IMG/VR virus record: IMGVR_UViG_3300008222_000006
From: a virus
DNA: 6,479 bases
Strand: one strand, 5' to 3'
In this document: positions 5,041 to 6,479 of the stretch, piece by piece
How positions within the stretch are numbered: position 1 is the stretch's first letter
How the letters are laid out: each line of letters opens with the position of its first letter
Position numbers and translations under genes: made by a program
Notes under the pieces: model-generated
Seen by the model: the letters and a program-made list of their open reading frames with translations, nothing else
Database searches by the model: none
What the model was told of the DNA's origin: nothing

Positions 5041-5066
5041 AAAAAAGCCCCTGCGGGGTTTTTTTT
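5041..5066 (-). terminator. Terminator-like hairpin abutting the zot start codon and containing its SD
   Basis: The minus-sense RNA reads AAAAAAAA-CCCC-GCA-GGGG-C-UUUUUU-AUG. The stem pairs plus 5048..5051 with 5055..5058. The only SD-like element (AGGGG, 7 nt before the ATG) forms the 3' arm of the stem. The flanking A and U runs could extend the pairing. Confidence 0.55.
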
Positions 5067-5120
5067 ATGCATATTGTGACTTCGCTTACAAACATGCATG
5101 AAAAAAACAAAAAAAATTAA

Positions 5121-5459
5121 TTAAGCGAAAAACTTAAATTTCTTGGGTCGGCCAAAAGCTTTAAGAACTAGAACAGCACCTACAGTTGCAATGATCATTT
5201 TGAAAACAGTATCAAGGCCAGCAAGTTTCAAAACCATCAGCAGATCAGAAGGAAGACCGTTAAATTTTTCCATAATAAGATCGGTGACATAATCAAGAAC
5301 GATTTCTGTACCAACATAAGTAACAGCAACAATGCCTAATAAACGTATGATCCAGCCGATCAGGGGAGGCAGAACAAAAATAACAAAAGCTAAAGTCTTG
5401 CCCCAAGAAGAAACAACACCAGTAACTAAAGCAGAAATTACACCAAGTGGACCGAACAT
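5121..5459 (-). CDS. pVI-like minor coat/membrane protein, 112 aa
   Basis: ATG at 5459 with GGGAG 9 nt upstream. It starts 3 nt after the pIII-like stop. It has several hydrophobic segments and a basic tail (RPKKFKFFA). Its length equals Ff pVI, and it sits between pIII and pI. Confidence 0.75.
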   Translation of the reverse strand: MFGPLGVISALVTGVVSSWGKTLAFVIFVLPPLIGWIIRLLGIVAVTYVGTEIVLDYVTDLIMEKFNGLPSDLLMVLKLAGLDTVFKMIIATVGAVLVLKAFGRPKKFKFFA

Positions 5460-5462
5460 ATT

Positions 5463-6479
5463 TTATAACTCCCGAATTGCGCCATAGAGCATGAAAGAAC
5501 AGAAAATCATTCCAGCGAAAAGTATTAAAGGATTGATAGCTTCAATAGTGGGGCAGACAAAATCATCATAATTAAAGTATTGAGTACCGAAACTAAAAGT
5601 CATAGAGCGAGGAGCAGGACAGCCACCCGCCTCACCTTCAATGCTAAAAATAGCGGACAAACCAAGTTCATCAACGAGGTTAAATTCTTCGGTACCAATA
5701 GCATTAGATAAAACACCATTTTCGTCAGTTTCACCCATAGCTTTGAATTCATCTAAAGCAGGAGAAGCCATTAACTGTTCAAGAGATTGAGCAGAACCTT
5801 CACAGTATTTTGTATGTTGATTAGCAAGAGCAGCACATTCAAAAACACCACCCTCACAAGTAAACGGAGTGCCAGAGTCACAAGAATTAATATCACTTAT
5901 AGAAGCTTCAGCAGGATCAGGAATGCGGCATTTTAATTCCCAAGTTTGATGTAGTAGAGCACATTGAATAGCATCACCAGAACAAGCAATGGGAGAATCG
6001 CAGGTACCAGTTCCAGTAACAGCGGAATCAGGTTCTGGAGGTTCTTCAGTAGTGTCAGTTTGAGTAGCACTAACACCAGTTACAGCGCCAGCAGCATCTT
6101 TTTGAGTAGTGGTGACAACTGTTGTATTAGAAGTAGAACCATCAATATTATTAGTGATAGTTGTATTTGTAGTGGTTTCGGTAGTGGTTCCGTCAGGATT
6201 GGTAGTAATAACAGTATTAGAAGTTGATTGAGGGTCAGTATCAATAACACAAGCGCCAGCAACTAGAATTTTATTAGGAGGGCAGGAGGTAGGAGCACAA
6301 GCACCAGTAACATTAAGAGCATATCCATTAGGACATGAAGATTGGTCGCCCTCACCACCAGATTCATTATTGACACACTGATTAGTTACGCCGTTCCAAT
6401 GGGCGCCAGTACCACATTTATTAACACACTGACCCTCAACAGAGTTAGAGTCAGCAGGACAGCCACCGTTATTATCTAA
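5463..6479 (-). CDS. pIII-like adsorption protein, C-terminal part; the full gene is complement(join(5463..6356,1..570)), 487 aa
   Basis: I translated the minus strand codon by codon from 5771 up to 6479 and found no stop. The track's 102-aa ORF (5463..5771) is therefore only the tail of this gene. This part contains a Thr/Asn-rich linker (about 6000..6240), a second Cys-rich domain and a C-terminal anchor (INPLILFAGMIFCSFMLYGAIREL). Confidence 0.85.
   Translation of the reverse strand, partial: LDNNGGCPADSNSVEGQCVNKCGTGAHWNGVTNQCVNNESGGEGDQSSCPNGYALNVTGACAPTSCPPNKILVAGACVIDTDPQSTSNTVITTNPDGTTTETTTNTTITNNIDGSTSNTTVVTTTQKDAAGAVTGVSATQTDTTEEPPEPDSAVTGTGTCDSPIACSGDAIQCALLHQTWELKCRIPDPAEASISDINSCDSGTPFTCEGGVFECAALANQHTKYCEGSAQSLEQLMASPALDEFKAMGETDENGVLSNAIGTEEFNLVDELGLSAIFSIEGEAGGCPAPRSMTFSFGTQYFNYDDFVCPTIEAINPLILFAGMIFCSFMLYGAIREL
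6357..6479. repeat. Terminal direct repeat, copy 2 (identical to 1..123)
   Basis: Same 123 nt as the window start. It lies inside an open reading frame, so it looks like a circularisation or concatemer overlap rather than a biological LTR. Confidence 0.95.

Larger units (their letters stand above)
1..6356 (-). mobile_element. Complete genome unit of a filamentous (inovirus-like) ssDNA phage, circularly permuted in this window
   Basis: The gene order is canonical for inoviruses: Rep, ssDNA-binding protein, small membrane proteins, major coat, pIII-like, pVI-like, Zot/pI. All are co-oriented and tightly packed. The 123-bp exact terminal redundancy closes the circle in frame. Confidence 0.85.

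Noticed and set aside
5463-5771. Track ORF of 102 aa treated as a stand-alone gene
   Set aside because: The frame stays open upstream all the way to the window end, as I checked codon by codon. Across the circular junction it continues to the ATG at 570. This ORF is only the C-terminal tail of the 487-aa pIII-like gene.
5964-6262. 87-aa (+) and 60-aa (-) ORFs in the pIII linker region
   Set aside because: These are Ser-rich and Leu-rich artefacts of reading the repetitive Thr/Asn-coding linker in other frames.

Overview
The window appears to be one complete, circularly permuted genome of a filamentous ssDNA phage (inovirus-like). Bases 1..123 are identical to 6357..6479, which gives a 6,356-bp unit. 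Joining the ends restores a single 487-aa pIII-like adsorption-protein ORF that the window boundary splits. All core genes lie on the window's minus strand, so the window shows the complement of the coding (viral +) strand. Gene order along the minus strand is: rolling-circle Rep (370 aa), ssDNA-binding-like protein (102 aa), 78-aa membrane protein, major coat precursor (71 aa), strong hairpin terminator, 22-aa hydrophobic micro-ORF, Cys-rich pIII-like protein (487 aa, wraps the junction), pVI-like protein (112 aa), Zot/pI assembly ATPase (331 aa). A three-gene accessory cassette with its own promoter follows (63 aa, 86 aa, 70-aa XRE-type HTH), then a 221-nt structured non-coding region. A 54-aa ORF absent from the ORF track lies on the plus strand, divergent from rep across a palindrome-rich control region. 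I see no pIV-type secretin, integrase, tRNA, rRNA or CRISPR. The points most worth follow-up are the uncharacterised post-zot cassette with its TTACATAA operator array, the two distinct operator sets paired with two small regulators, the hairpin- and repeat-rich non-coding region (candidate ori, packaging signal or attP), and a terminator-like hairpin that sequesters the zot ribosome-binding site. Everything was read by eye. Family assignments rest on gene order, size, motifs and remembered family features, not on database searches.
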